64,000 nt of DNA. It comes from Monocercomonoides exilis PA203. Lineage: Eukaryota; Protista; Preaxostyla. The position numbers were made by a program, and so were the translations under genes. This document shows, in pieces, positions 36,214-47,649 of this stretch (its first letter is position 1; every line of letters starts with the position of its first letter). The DNA lies in the NCBI GenBank assembly GCA_001643675.2, contig LSRY02000052.1, positions 124,001 to 188,000 of the forward strand. Reading direction: 5' to 3'. The notes below the pieces were generated by a model. That model worked only from the letters and a program-made list of their open reading frames with translations, was not told the origin of the DNA and made no database searches.

Positions 36214-36627
36214 GAATAGTGACGAAAGAGAAACAGTTTAATGTGTGTCATTCAACAACAATTGGAAAAGTTTTTTTTCGATTCCTGCAAGAAAATAATT
36301 GAATGAAAATTATCACTGAATATTTCGTAAAATAACTTCATTCAATCAATCAGCTGTTCACACAACAATTAAGTTCAGCCAATCACAAGTTTAAATCATT
36401 TTAAAGCGAATTTCTCTATCTGTCTTTCTGACTTTTTTATTTCTAGATATTTATTGTTTTAAATAATGATTGTTATTTTAAACATTTTTTTCATTTAATC
36501 AATAATTTCGATTCGAAATATTGCTCCAAAATACACAAACATGAAAAAGAGCTGAAAATGAAACATAAATCTTTTTCTTCATTATGAACCAAAAAATTGA
36601 AGCACTATAAGTTTGAAAAATAAATAT

Positions 36628-36882
36628 CGGATATTATTTTTATCATCACAACTTTTTTCTGGGTGTTGCTTATTCAAAGATTGTTTTCCTTTGGGAAGAG
36701 ATAAAGTATTTAAATGTTAAAATGATCATTTCTGTTTCAGTGACAAATTCATGATCCGAAATGAAAATAAAGAGGTCTTGAATATGCCTGTTCACTTTTC
36801 ATTGTTCTTTTATTGACATTCAAAAGAAATTTTCGAACCGAAATTGTCAAAAGAAAAAATGTGGTTTCATAAATATTTACCC
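36628..36882. mobile_element. MITE family I copy (255 bp), TSD ATAT
   Basis: ATAT|CGGATATTATTTTTATCATCAC...GTGGTTTCATAAATATTTACCC|ATAT. Shares the internal blocks TTCAAAGATTGTTT, TTCACTTTTCA and AACCGAAATT with other copies. Confidence 0.7.
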
Positions 36883-36996
36883 ATATTGAAAAAAAACCAA
36901 AGTCAGAATTAATTCTTTAGATAACTTTCCTTTTTCCTTCACCGCGATTATATGCATTCTCTTTCTTTTCATTGTCAGAATCATCGTTTTCAACAT

Positions 36997-37263
36997 GGGA
37001 CAAAATATTTGATTTCAGGAATTTTCATTGAAAAATCATGCACTTTTCATAGACTTTTTGAGAACAAAAAACAATATAAAAATGGGTTCATTTTTTGACA
37101 TTCGTGAAATGTCACAAAACTTTTCTAATAACAACTTTTATGGCTATTTGCTGAAAAGAAAAACCAATTTATTTTGAAATCTGAGAATGATTGATAAAGT
37201 TATGAGTGAATCAATTTTTTGATGCTTTGTGCAAAAAAAGCTTGAAAATCAATATTTTCCCCC
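36997..37263. mobile_element. MITE family II copy (267 bp), TSD ACAT; inverted relative to 35874-36138
   Basis: ACAT|GGGACAAAATATTTGATTTCAGG...GCTTGAAAATCAATATTTTCCCCC|ACAT. Its reverse complement aligns along the full length to 35874-36138 (e.g. CAAGCTTTTTTTGCACAAAGCAT). Confidence 0.8.
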
Positions 37264-37269
37264 ACATGA

Positions 37270-38704
37270 ATATGAAAAAAATCATTCAATGAAAATATTT
37301 TCTTTTTATCAACACCAGCCTTCACTTCATTTTTGTCTATTACTTCCATTTCATTTTTCTTTTCACTATTCAATATCACATGCTATCCCATTTTCACAGA
37401 ATGTTTGCATCTGTTATCACTATTTCATAAAAGGAAAATTTATTTCTGCTAGATGGAAGAGGATAAATAGATGATAAGGACAATTTCACAAGACATGGCC
37501 CAGAAGAATTGCGTTGAACACAACTGCAGATAAAAGCTTTCTGAATTACAGTAGGAGAAAATGCAGTGTGGGTGACTTGAGTCAGAACATCGGAAATTTC
37601 AGCTCCTTTGGTGGAAGAAGAAGAAAAAGAAGATGGAGCCTCAAATCTGTTTGTCAGGTCAGATTTGAATACAGCAAACAATTCCCTGTCCAACGGCTGA
37701 CAGAGGTGTGTGCCATGTGACTCGAAGGAAAAACCGTCGATTCGTTGTTTTTGGAATTCTCGCCAGATCGATGGATCTGCATGAGATACATGAGAACCAA
37801 GAAGAAGTTGAATATGAATGAATTCAGGTAAAAAGTGATTTCTTTATTCAATGATTGAAAAAGAAAAATGGGAAGAGTGTTCATTTTGATTCATTCTTTG
37901 TCCATCAATCCGCTTCCATTTTCACAAATCTCAAGCGTTGGAGATGAATTGCTTTTCAGTTCTTCCAAAAGATTGATGTTTGGTCACAAAATAATAGAAA
38001 AAAGGCACATTCATCCACTGTTACAACTGCTTCGAATACGGAATTGATCTTTCTTGGTGGTTCTTTTGAAAAACCATCTTTCGCATCAGCAGTGTGAATA
38101 ACATATCTTTTGGAAGTTGATGGAACGATAGTGGAAGACTCATCAACATTCACATCAAAAACTGGATTATTATCAAAATTTTTATGCAATTCATCGAGAG
38201 TTTTGCTCCTTGGTTTTTGAAACACTTCTGCATGAAACAGCCAGTTAGTTGATATTCAAATTCTTTGACTTTCCAGTCTTCAGCTCCGGATGACATATGA
38301 CAAGGCCATATGCCTTTGATATTGAAACATCAGTGTGTGGTGTATTTTCTTCATCTTTATCGTTTTAAACAATTTCCATCAACAAAGAAAATTGTGAAAA
38401 TATATATATAATTTAAAAACAAACTAATTCACTTGATTTTTTTCTGTGTTAAACATGCCCCATATTTTGATTCAATATGATTGATGTACATAACTCTTTG
38501 TTCCTTTTTCTCCACTACTGCTGAATGCTTTCAACTTTTCTAACCATCCTTCGTTTTCTCAGTGCTCATTCTGCGTTCTTCATTCCTATGCAACAAAGTT
38601 CCTCAGAATGAATTGCATTCGTGATTTGCACAACACCATCCACAACGATGTGGGCTATTTGCTGCAGTCGATAGTGAAATCTTCTGCACTTGGCAGATGA
38701 CCAT
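37270..38704 (-). pseudogene. Heavily decayed second copy of the pogo-type transposase family
   Basis: Fragments are homologous to 33555-35115: RLQQIAHIVVDG, VNVDESS, DAKDGFS, PSHMAHTS...DRELFAVFKS, AFSPTVIQKAF, SSGPCLVKL. Many stops and frameshifts. Confidence 0.8.
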
Positions 38705-38755
38705 GCTCCCTGAAATTGTTTCTGACTACAAAAATTTGTGTTTCAGAAGATATTT

Positions 38756-39012
38756 GGGTGATTCTTTTTGATTTCATAATTTTTCTATCAAAAATTTCGA
38801 ACAGATAGTTTATCGCAAATACTTAAAAATCAATCAGATATTTTTGTAGAAATCATATTTGCACTTCTCTGTCTTTCTTTAACAACATGTGTCAAAACAA
38901 CAATAATTAGAAAACAAGTGATGCTTTTTTGAAAATTGTTTTTTAAATAATTGTGAATTTGAAAATAAAACTTGCAACGAAAAAATATATATGATTTCAA
39001 AAATAATCACCC
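38756..39012. mobile_element. MITE family I copy (257 bp), TSD ATTT
   Basis: ATTT|GGGTGATTCTTTTTGATTTCATA...TATGATTTCAAAAATAATCACCC|ATTT. Confidence 0.8.
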
Positions 39013-39472
39013 ATTTTTATTATTTTTTTAATATTTTTTAATACACAATATTTTTTATATTTTCATTGAAATGAAAATAAAATATTTTTGAAAAATAACA
39101 TTAAAAAAAACTGAAGGAGTTATGCACTATATGACCCTCCAATTCCACACAGGAGTTCAATGAAGGGACTTAACATCAACAATCTATTCCACAATTCAAA
39201 GTCTGTATTTTCAAACAGAAATTTTTATTTAAAACAGAAGTCATATTTGAACGAAAAATTCTTGAAAATATGAAATTGTTGGAAAAGACACTACTTTATA
39301 ATTTTTAAAAAGGTCAAGATATAATTATAACCCTATGCAATAAATTTTAAAAGAAAAATAAACATCACCACATTTATGAAAGTTTTGACTTGGTTTAATG
39401 AAATGAAAAGATTGACACAATGCACTGAAACTCATATGTTTAGAAAGAAGTGAAAACATTTTATTTGAACGC

Positions 39473-40917
39473 TTACTGAAGATCTCCAACAGGTTCTATT
39501 TTATCATTGAAAGGCTTGTTGATTGTAACAGTCTCGTGATGAGTTGCGAAATCGAAAACTATTTCTTTCATAATTTCTGAAACAACCAAGCAAATAATAA
39601 TAATAATAATAATCAATTAAAAGAAAGTGTATATAAAGCAATTTTGAAATTAAAATTATTCATTGTTCATAATATCAACAAATATTTATGATGAAATCGC
39701 AAAGAAAAAACATCAAACCCGTTTCTCCCTTCTTTACTGTCATAAGACCAGGAATCTTTTCTTGCCGAGGTGAAGGCTTAAGACAATGGTGATGTTGCTC
39801 GGTTATTCCATATGGAGGTTCCGGAATCTTTCTTATCACAACATAATCAACAAAGAAGCCACTTCCCTCATCGTTAATGATACCTGCTGTAATAGCCTCT
39901 TTCGCTAACTCAACAGCCTCTTCCTCTGTCATCCCCTCGTGATACTTTGATTCAATCACCCCCATTGCTGCATATGAACCAGATCCCTCACTTAAAGATG
40001 TGAAAATTTGAATTATTAAAGAATTTGAACAACACAAACACAGCGAAATTAACTTTATCAACACTCCCATGAGCAGCAATACAATACAAATGGGCTCCTG
40101 TATAATCGCATCCTCCAAGAACAAAGTAAACTCCAAGATGTCCTTGATATCTGAAATGCATTGCACCAACAATGAAATATTTAAAATCACAAGCATAAAA
40201 GAGAAAGATAATATTTTTTTTTTATTTTTTTTTAAATTATAAATATTTCCAAACGGGAATAAATGACGTTTAATTTGAACAACAGCTGTCTCCACACGGC
40301 TTGGTCGTCGCATGTTAAGTTCAAGCAATCTCAATTGGGAAGAAATCAATTGAGCAACTAAATGAATCATTAAATTTTTTAAAAAATAAAAGTAACTGAA
40401 TATATTTCTTGCTAAACAACATACCATGCTCATTATCAGTAGCTGTACCTGCCCCTCCACAATAAATAGTTGGAGTGAGATAATGAAGCTTGAAAATCGA
40501 TTTATCCATCACCATATGATCTGCAGTTGCACGTGTATCACCTGCTAAAACAACACCGCCCTTTTCATGATGATAATTTGAATCATGCAAACGGTTGCAA
40601 AGAACAAAAATAATATGAATCGGGAAATTATCTAACAAAAGTTAACAAATTTCACACATCAAAAACAATTCCACATATTGTAGTCCCTGTTTTCCTCGTG
40701 CCTTTTAATGTTTTTACGATATCAGTAGAGCCGTGCGTTAAATTTGACATCAAGATAATATGATCTTGCCATTATAAATACTTTAACTCAAAAGAGATAA
40801 TTTTTCACTTTATAAATAATAGTTAAACACAAATGTATAAACAAAATTAATTAAAAAACAAAAAAAATATGTACGTACTTTTCTTAAAATGTAATCAAAA
40901 ACTTTAGCATTCATCAT
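39473..40917 (-). CDS. PSMB7: 20S proteasome subunit beta type-2 (Pup1/PSMB7), multi-exon
   Basis: Propeptide cleavage site RKTG|TTICGIV, then [34 protein letters not shown] and [15 protein letters not shown]. The first exon is tentative; an alternative ATG lies at 40750. Confidence 0.93.
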
Positions 40918-40966
40918 TATCAAAAAAGAAAAAAAAAGATTAATTCGAAAAAAATATTTTTAAAGA

Positions 40967-43635
40967 TTATCCATCAGATTCAGGAGGAAAACTAAGAGTA
41001 AAATCAGAAATCTCGTCGAAAGACGATGTTTCTCCGAAAAGCACATCTTCTTCTAGCATCTTCTCTCGGAAGCGCCGTTCGATTGGTGTCTCGTGCCATA
41101 AGCCAAGCTCGTCCTGTTCTTCAAACAAGAAGGAAAATGCAGGTGTTGACAAAGAAGGAGTAAATCCCTGCGTAGAAGCAGGGGACTGTGATACAGAAGA
41201 AGAGGAAGAAGCAATGAAAGGCGAAGAATGACGCAGAAATGAAGGAACAGTGTTGCTTGAAGCCAGTTCACCAGCCGCCCCAGCTGAAGGCGAAGAGGAA
41301 GGAGAGGGGGGCATCGACCCAGGGGTTGTCATCGCACAAGAGCTGAAATGCAAAGCGGAAGAAAAAGACGAAGCAAGCGAGGAATTTGGGTTGGCAGCAG
41401 TGAAAGGCGAAAGAGGCGTCAGGGGCGTGTAGCGTAGCAGCGACTGCTCGACCATCGATCCCAGTGCAGATGAGCCTGCAGACGCGTCTCTTTCGTAGAT
41501 GTCGCTCAGCCCGTGCGGTGCATGGACGTAGCGGTCGCTGCGGCTGGCCTCGTGGTAGAGCGGCTCAGAGGGACGGGGCGACTTCAGCAGAGGGAAATGG
41601 GCGTTGGACTGGTAGCGCCGGGGGAGGATGGACGGGGCGGAAAGGATGCGAAAAGAGGAAGGCACCAGGGTGTTTGTGGGGGGAGCATTGAAAGCAGGTG
41701 AAGTGGACAGGCTGTTGCTTGTTGCGAGCTTGTAGTCTGGAGTGGTGTCGTTGGGTGCAGAAGGATTCTTGTTTTCATGATTGTAATCTGTCAAAGCAAC
41801 TTCTGCATCTGGATAAGTCTGAGAATACACTGGCGTGCTAGCTGGAGATGAATCGCGAGTATTTTCAGAGGCATACAAAGCTTCAGGCGTCACAACAGCT
41901 TCCCGAGGAACAGAAGTTGGCTGCGTTGACTGGAAAGGAGAAGGAATTTGAGAAGACTTCAGAGACGCTGAAGATGAGCTGGAAGACGAAGATTCGGACG
42001 ATTCTTCGCTTCTGTCAGAGCTGTCATCGTCAGCAGCACCTGCATCATTATATTCTGGGTCGCAGTGAGCTGAGTCTCTTTGCTTCTTTTCTTTGTGTTT
42101 GCTACGAAGATGCCTCCTTCGCGCTCTTCCAGAAGCCTTGTATCGGTCATGATCGTGTGACCTTGCTTTTTGTTTTTTCATTTCATTCTCTTCACCTCCA
42201 TCTTGTCTTTCTTTTTTGTCATGTTTTTTTTCTGAATGATTGACAGAATTTTCAGCATCTTTTGTCTCAGATAAAAGTGAAAATATGTGAGTGTCGCTCT
42301 CTTGCTTCACAAATGGTTTTTGGATCGTTTTATTTTTAACATCCATTTTTTGTAAGTCATTTAATTTTCCATTTTCTTCTCTAATATCTGCATTTTTCTG
42401 ATCTTGTATTCCGCTCTGAGTCTTTTTTGTGTTATTATTCTTCTCTTTCAAATCATTTTCTTTCTGTTCATTGCTATCTTTGTTTGTGTCACTTGGATTT
42501 TTGTCAAATTGTCCACAAGTTGGATTTGAATCGCTTTTCCTTCCATCGACCCTTCCCACAACTCCCTGATTAACTGCATGCTGCTGGTTTGGCATTCCAT
42601 CTAACTTGGGCAACTGAGCCAGGTAAGGCAGTTGAAATGGGAATTGAGAAAATCCAACAGGTGCAGGAATTGTCTTGCCAAAAACAGGCTGTGTGGTGTA
42701 AACAGAAGAAGGTGCTCCAAATTGAATTGGCACACCAAATGCCTGAGGAAATGCGCTGCTACCGTTAAATTTAGTTTGAATTGGCGCAAGAAATTGTGGC
42801 TGTAGTTGCTGATTTTTGCTTGTTGATGGAATTAAATTATCTTGCTTGAAAGGCTGAGGAACTGGCATAAAGCTTATAGTCCCCCTTTCCGCTACCAAAT
42901 TTTTGGGTCCTGATGCTAATGCCTGTTCACTCAAATGGTTTGAACCCCATGAGTTTTCATCAGCTGCCTTTTCTGATATGTTGCTTCCCGTGGCTTCGAC
43001 TTCTTCAACAACTCTTGCAGAATTAATGTTACCAGCTTCTTTCTTAAAATCATTCGCTATAATTTCTTCTGCTTTGCTTTGAGAAATTGAATTCAATTTT
43101 GAAGAAGATCCTTCAAGTAAATGTGTAAAATACGTTCCTGATGAATTTTCCAATTCTGCGTGTTCTGTTGAATTTACTCTTTTCTCTTTGCTAACTTTTT
43201 GGGAAATGATATGTAAAAGAATTTTAATTGTTTCTATTATGGCATAGCATCTTCTGTACTCGTCAGTCATATCCTCAATTGATTCCTCTCTGAAATAAAA
43301 ATAAATTGATAAAAAAACTGAGTTTAGTTGAAAAAATACAAACTTTTTGAATTTTTGCGCAGTTTCTGGACTAGTAGGTATAAACATCTTCTTTTCAAAT
43401 AGTTGTCTTGAATTCTCAAAAAGAGGAATTGGATGGTCTGTGAAAAGTGTTTCAACAATCGCCTCACAATCGGACTCAGCCGAACGTATTTTCTTCAATA
43501 GAGAATAATCTAAATTGGGGTGTATGAAAAGAACTAAAGAATAAGTAAAAAGCAAAACATACACCCGTCTTTTACAAAAGACATTTTTGCCTTATGTTTG
43601 TCTGTTCTGCATCGACTCAAATAGCTTGTATCCAT
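40967..43635 (-). CDS. Hypothetical low-complexity protein (~860 aa), multi-exon
   Basis: 865-codon ORF with read-through intron-like AT stretches near its 5' end. A probable first exon MDTSYLSRCRTDK starts at 43635. No domain was recognised. Confidence 0.7.
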
Positions 43636-44049
43636 AAATGCTGTATTTGAACGTGTTGCGCAATGATAAGTTTTATAAAAAAGATAGTGACGGTGATTTA
43701 AACTTCAAAATGAAAAAAATTAAAAGTTCCAAAAGATAAAAAATTGATTATGGCATTTTGAAAAAAAGAACTGTTTAATAATCATTTAAAAAAAATCTGT
43801 TATTTTGTGAAATTCATAATTAAAGCGATAATGTGATGCATAAATCTAGTTGAAAAGAGAAAATTAGATGTTATTATTTTGCATTAGATGAATTTAATTT
43901 GAAAAGGATTTTTAAAAAGCATAAGTTGTCCTTCTTTCTCTGCAATTTTATAAAAAACACAATCATTGCAGTTGCTGTCTTCGTTTTCATCTTGTTGAAG
44001 ATTTCATATTCGTTGTTGTCTTATCTTCCTATCAATAATTTTGGTGATC

Positions 44050-45174
44050 TACATGCTACTCTTGTATGATTTATAGCTTTTCTCGTCTTTTCCTGCCTTC
44101 TCTCTTTCATCAGATCTTTCCATTTCTTCACAAATGCTGGCTCTCTCACAAATCCTTCAAAAGAAGTGACAAAGTCTGATACAAAATATCTATATCTAGC
44201 TAATCTTCATCCCAATCCCTTTCTCCAGTACATTCTCTCCACATTTTGTTTGCATCAGCTTGCTTTGCATCAATATTTTCAATGACTCCTTTCGAAGTTT
44301 TCCCCTTTCAACGGCTTCTTCGATTCGGGCAACTGCGGATTTCATCGCAACGGCTTCAACGCTGCAACAACAATCGGTTTGATCTTTGATCTGTTCTGTT
44401 TTCTCTTCTGTCTCCTTTTCTCATTTTATCTTTTGCCTTTCTTTTTCATAAGACACAAAACATGTTTGCTCTTTCATGTGATTCATGAGAAGAAATTCTT
44501 CAGACACATCCCAAGAACGGATTCAGACAATCCCCTTCAAAATGTTTGTTAGGTGCTTTCCTCCAACAGTAACAGTTTTCATGGTGTCTTCAACTGGAAG
44601 CGTACGATAAAGTGGAGTAATTCTCGTACTACTATGCCCAACATCAACAATAATAGCGCACTCAGGAAAAGATTGCAGAAACTCTACCTCAGGTGCAGTC
44701 TCTTTCAAAGGTTTCCCATCACACATCTCGATTATAATCCCCCACAATGTGCTAAAATACTTCAGATTCCAAACATAAAGAAGGGGGAACAAATTCTTCA
44801 AAAACTATATGATAAATCATTTGACTCAATGTTTGCGAAATTATAAGTGGGCTAGACAAGATTAATGACATTTTTTTGAATTTTTTCCTTTGTCAATCCA
44901 AAATATGAAAATGAGTTTGCCCAAATATCCATCTGCACCTTTATATCGACGACATATTCCTATTGAATAATCTAGTAAATTAAAGAAGAAAATATTCTTT
45001 ATGATATATAAAACAAACTTTTTCAAACACGGATTGAACTGTCAATCTTCCCATGTTGTAATGAGAAATGTCATCTCCATAAATATACGATCGTTTAACT
45101 TCCTTTTTTGTTCGTAACGATGCTCCGAGATTTAGCATCGCTGTTGGAGAATGAAAAAGATTGAAAATACTCAT
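44050..45174 (-). pseudogene. ARP6: Actin-related protein 6 pseudogene (truncated)
   Basis: FEK|EYVVDIKVQMDIW, IVFEEF, CAIIVDVGHSSTRITP, VGGKHLTNILKGIV*IRSWDVSEE..MNHMKEQTCFVS and YFVSDFVTSFEGFVR follow ARP6 order. There is an in-frame TGA at 44523-44525, frameshifts, and no recognisable N- or C-terminus. Confidence 0.8.
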
Positions 45175-45635
45175 TTCAATGATAACAAATTGTGATTTAC
45201 TGCAAATGGGTATCTAATTATTGATTTGCACATTATTTGTAAGCAACGTGAGTGTATAATTAAACAAGGTATTAATTTATTATCTGAAAATGAAGAGATT
45301 CAAACAACATTATTTTGATTATCACCTCGCTTCATGTTCAATCTCCAAATCAAGTTGCAGAAACAACAAAAATTGAAAAAATATTATAAAATAATTGCTC
45401 ACATATTCCATTTTTGAATTTTGTAAGTGAAAATTAACAGTGAAATATTTTGATTTCCCTGAAATGGTTATAAAAAAATGCTACAAATAAAAATTTGTGC
45501 ATATGAAGGAAATAATTAAAAATAATAACTGTGCTGTGGCAAAAATAAAATAAAATCCTCCTATCTCAGGGGTTGATCTCTCAGAAAGATTCAAAGAAAA
45601 GAAGTTGAGAAATGCATTACAGCCAAGATTTAGAC

Positions 45636-45895
45636 TTAGATTTGTGTTGCTGCTTCACCTGCAGAAGTTCCGGAAGATGCGCTTCCTCCATTCTTTCTAC
45701 GTGCACAGTATCCAATAATTGCGAGAACGGCGATGATAAACACAATAACCATCAAGATAATAAAGATAACGTTTCCAGCGTCTGCCTGAAATGATATAAA
45801 GAAAATAACGCGATGACAAGTTGTAGCATCATCAAGAATTCATAAGAAAATAAAAAAGTCTGGAAATAGCGCGCGCAAAATGAAATTCAAACCAT
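45636..45895 (-). CDS. 50-aa single-TM microprotein, SMIM30-like
   Basis: ATG (45893-45895), then intron GTTTGA...TTCAG (45892-45786), then ADAGNVIFIILMVIVFIIAVLAIIGYCARRKNGGSASSGTSAGEAATQI*. Confidence 0.75.
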
Positions 45896-45965
45896 GTTGA
45901 TTTTATTGTTGAATTCGATCAAAATTCAACCATTATCTTTAAATAACGATTTCAAAAAATATAAA

Positions 45966-47250
45966 ATGGAGCGTTTTGTAACTTTGAAAAAACGTTTGGA
46001 GGCCATGAAGTGTGTATATAAGTATATTTTATATTAGATATTTTTAATTCGATTTTTAACCTCTTTTAAGGTTTTACGAGCCTCTTGGAATCGACTCTGT
46101 TCCATTGGTTGAAAGACTTGTTGGAGAATTATTACTTGCGACCGACACTGTAAATTCGTTAGAAGCCGAAGTTAAAAAGCTTAGGCAAGAAAACAAGTCC
46201 CTGAACAGTGAGGTTTTAAATTTTTATTCAAGTTTAAAAAATCGTTTTTTTATAATACATTTGATATGATTTTTACAACTTTTGTTGAACGCCTAAGTGT
46301 GACTATTTAGCACATGATAAAAGTCGTGTTGTAACAGAACTTAATGAACTTCACAAAAAGATGGTGGCACAAAGTGTTCAAGCCCATGCAAGAGAGAGAC
46401 AAGGTGAACTTTCAATGGAACAAATGGCAGACAAAATAAAAGATACACGTTTTCTCAATACTCAACTCACACAAAGGCTGCATGAACGAGAGGAAGAGTT
46501 GGAAGATTTGAAAAAGAAATATGACGAACTTCTAGCTGATTCTTTGAAATCTGTGCAAACAAGTTTGTTAATTTTTTCACATAAATATATATAAATAATA
46601 ATTGCTTTTAACAATTAGGTGGTGGAAGATCAATTCCCCTTCGGCGTCTCACTTCAGCAAGAACTCCTCAACCAGTTGTTCCGAATGCAAATCGTGAAAG
46701 AGCAGCATCTGCCACTCCAAAATCTTCTCGTGCTTATTCATCGACTGAAAAAGCAGAAAGCGCTAGGTGCATGAAGGATATGGAAGAACAAGAACAAAAC
46801 AGACGCTCCAAAGAACAATATAAGCGTGATTATTACTCTTCACCAAGCACACATTCTCGAGGATCAGAGCATCATCATCGGCATCATTATCGCCATGACA
46901 TTCATGATGAATCCAATTATGAAGATGATCAGCCAACGTATCGCTCTTCGCAGGCATCATCGTCATATTGTTCGAGCTGCTATCCTTCTCCAACCACATC
47001 ATCGTATAGCTCATGCGATTCGTGTTCATATTGCGCTGCAAGAAGGCAGCATGATCCACGTCAAGATTATGAGAAGAGGGACGAGGAAAGAGAAGAGGAG
47101 AGAAAGTGGAATCAAAGAAGAGAAGAAGAGAAGAGAGGAAGGGGAAAACATTTCAATGAAAAATATGGAGATGATGAAGAAAAGATGTGGGAAAGAGAGA
47201 AAAGAGAGAAAGGCCAAATGAGATCTCATTTCAATCCAGCTCGAACTTGA
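45966..47250 (+). CDS. CEP135/Bld10 N-terminal-domain protein (~360 aa, 4 exons)
   Basis: The spliced N-terminus MERFVTLKKRLEAMKFYEPLGIDSVPLVERLVGELL...SRVVTELNELHKKM...DTRFLNTQL resembles the CEP135 N-terminus (RKRLDQLGY..L..E.LPLVEKL...DLKFLNNQ). Three in-frame GT-AG introns. Confidence 0.75.
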
Positions 47251-47649
47251 ACGCTTTATTCATTTCGTTTTTCTGTGGATTTTCTTTCATTTCACTAAAT
47301 TTTCATTCATTCTTTTTTATTTTTTTTTCCCGATTGTTATTTGCTTGTGGGATTGTAGAATTCAAAAGCACTTCACATTTTTTGTAACAAAGAAAAAATG
47401 ATTGTTTCAATGTTGATAAAAACAAGTGTGAGAAACATAACTTACATTAAAAAAGACAGCAGCAAATGAGCCTCGGAACGAAGACGAGGCTGCAAATGCT
47501 TCAAATTCTTCTCTTTTAATTGAAAATACTTCCAACAGATTTATAATAATAAAAAAATAAAAATGATCACTCAAAATGACAAGGTTCGATTTCTGATTCA
47601 ATTTCTGATTCTCTTAAAATGTTGTGAAAACATAGCAATTGTTTTTCAT

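Noticed and set aside
42600-42800. FG dipeptides suggesting a nucleoporin
   Set aside because: Only about three FG motifs in a P/Q-rich stretch, which is insufficient.
34557-44525. Two in-frame TGAs (transposase and ARP6) suggesting stop-codon reassignment or selenocysteine
   Set aside because: They are not at Trp/Cys positions, the ARP6 copy has other lesions, and intact genes here end normally in TGA, TAA and TAG.
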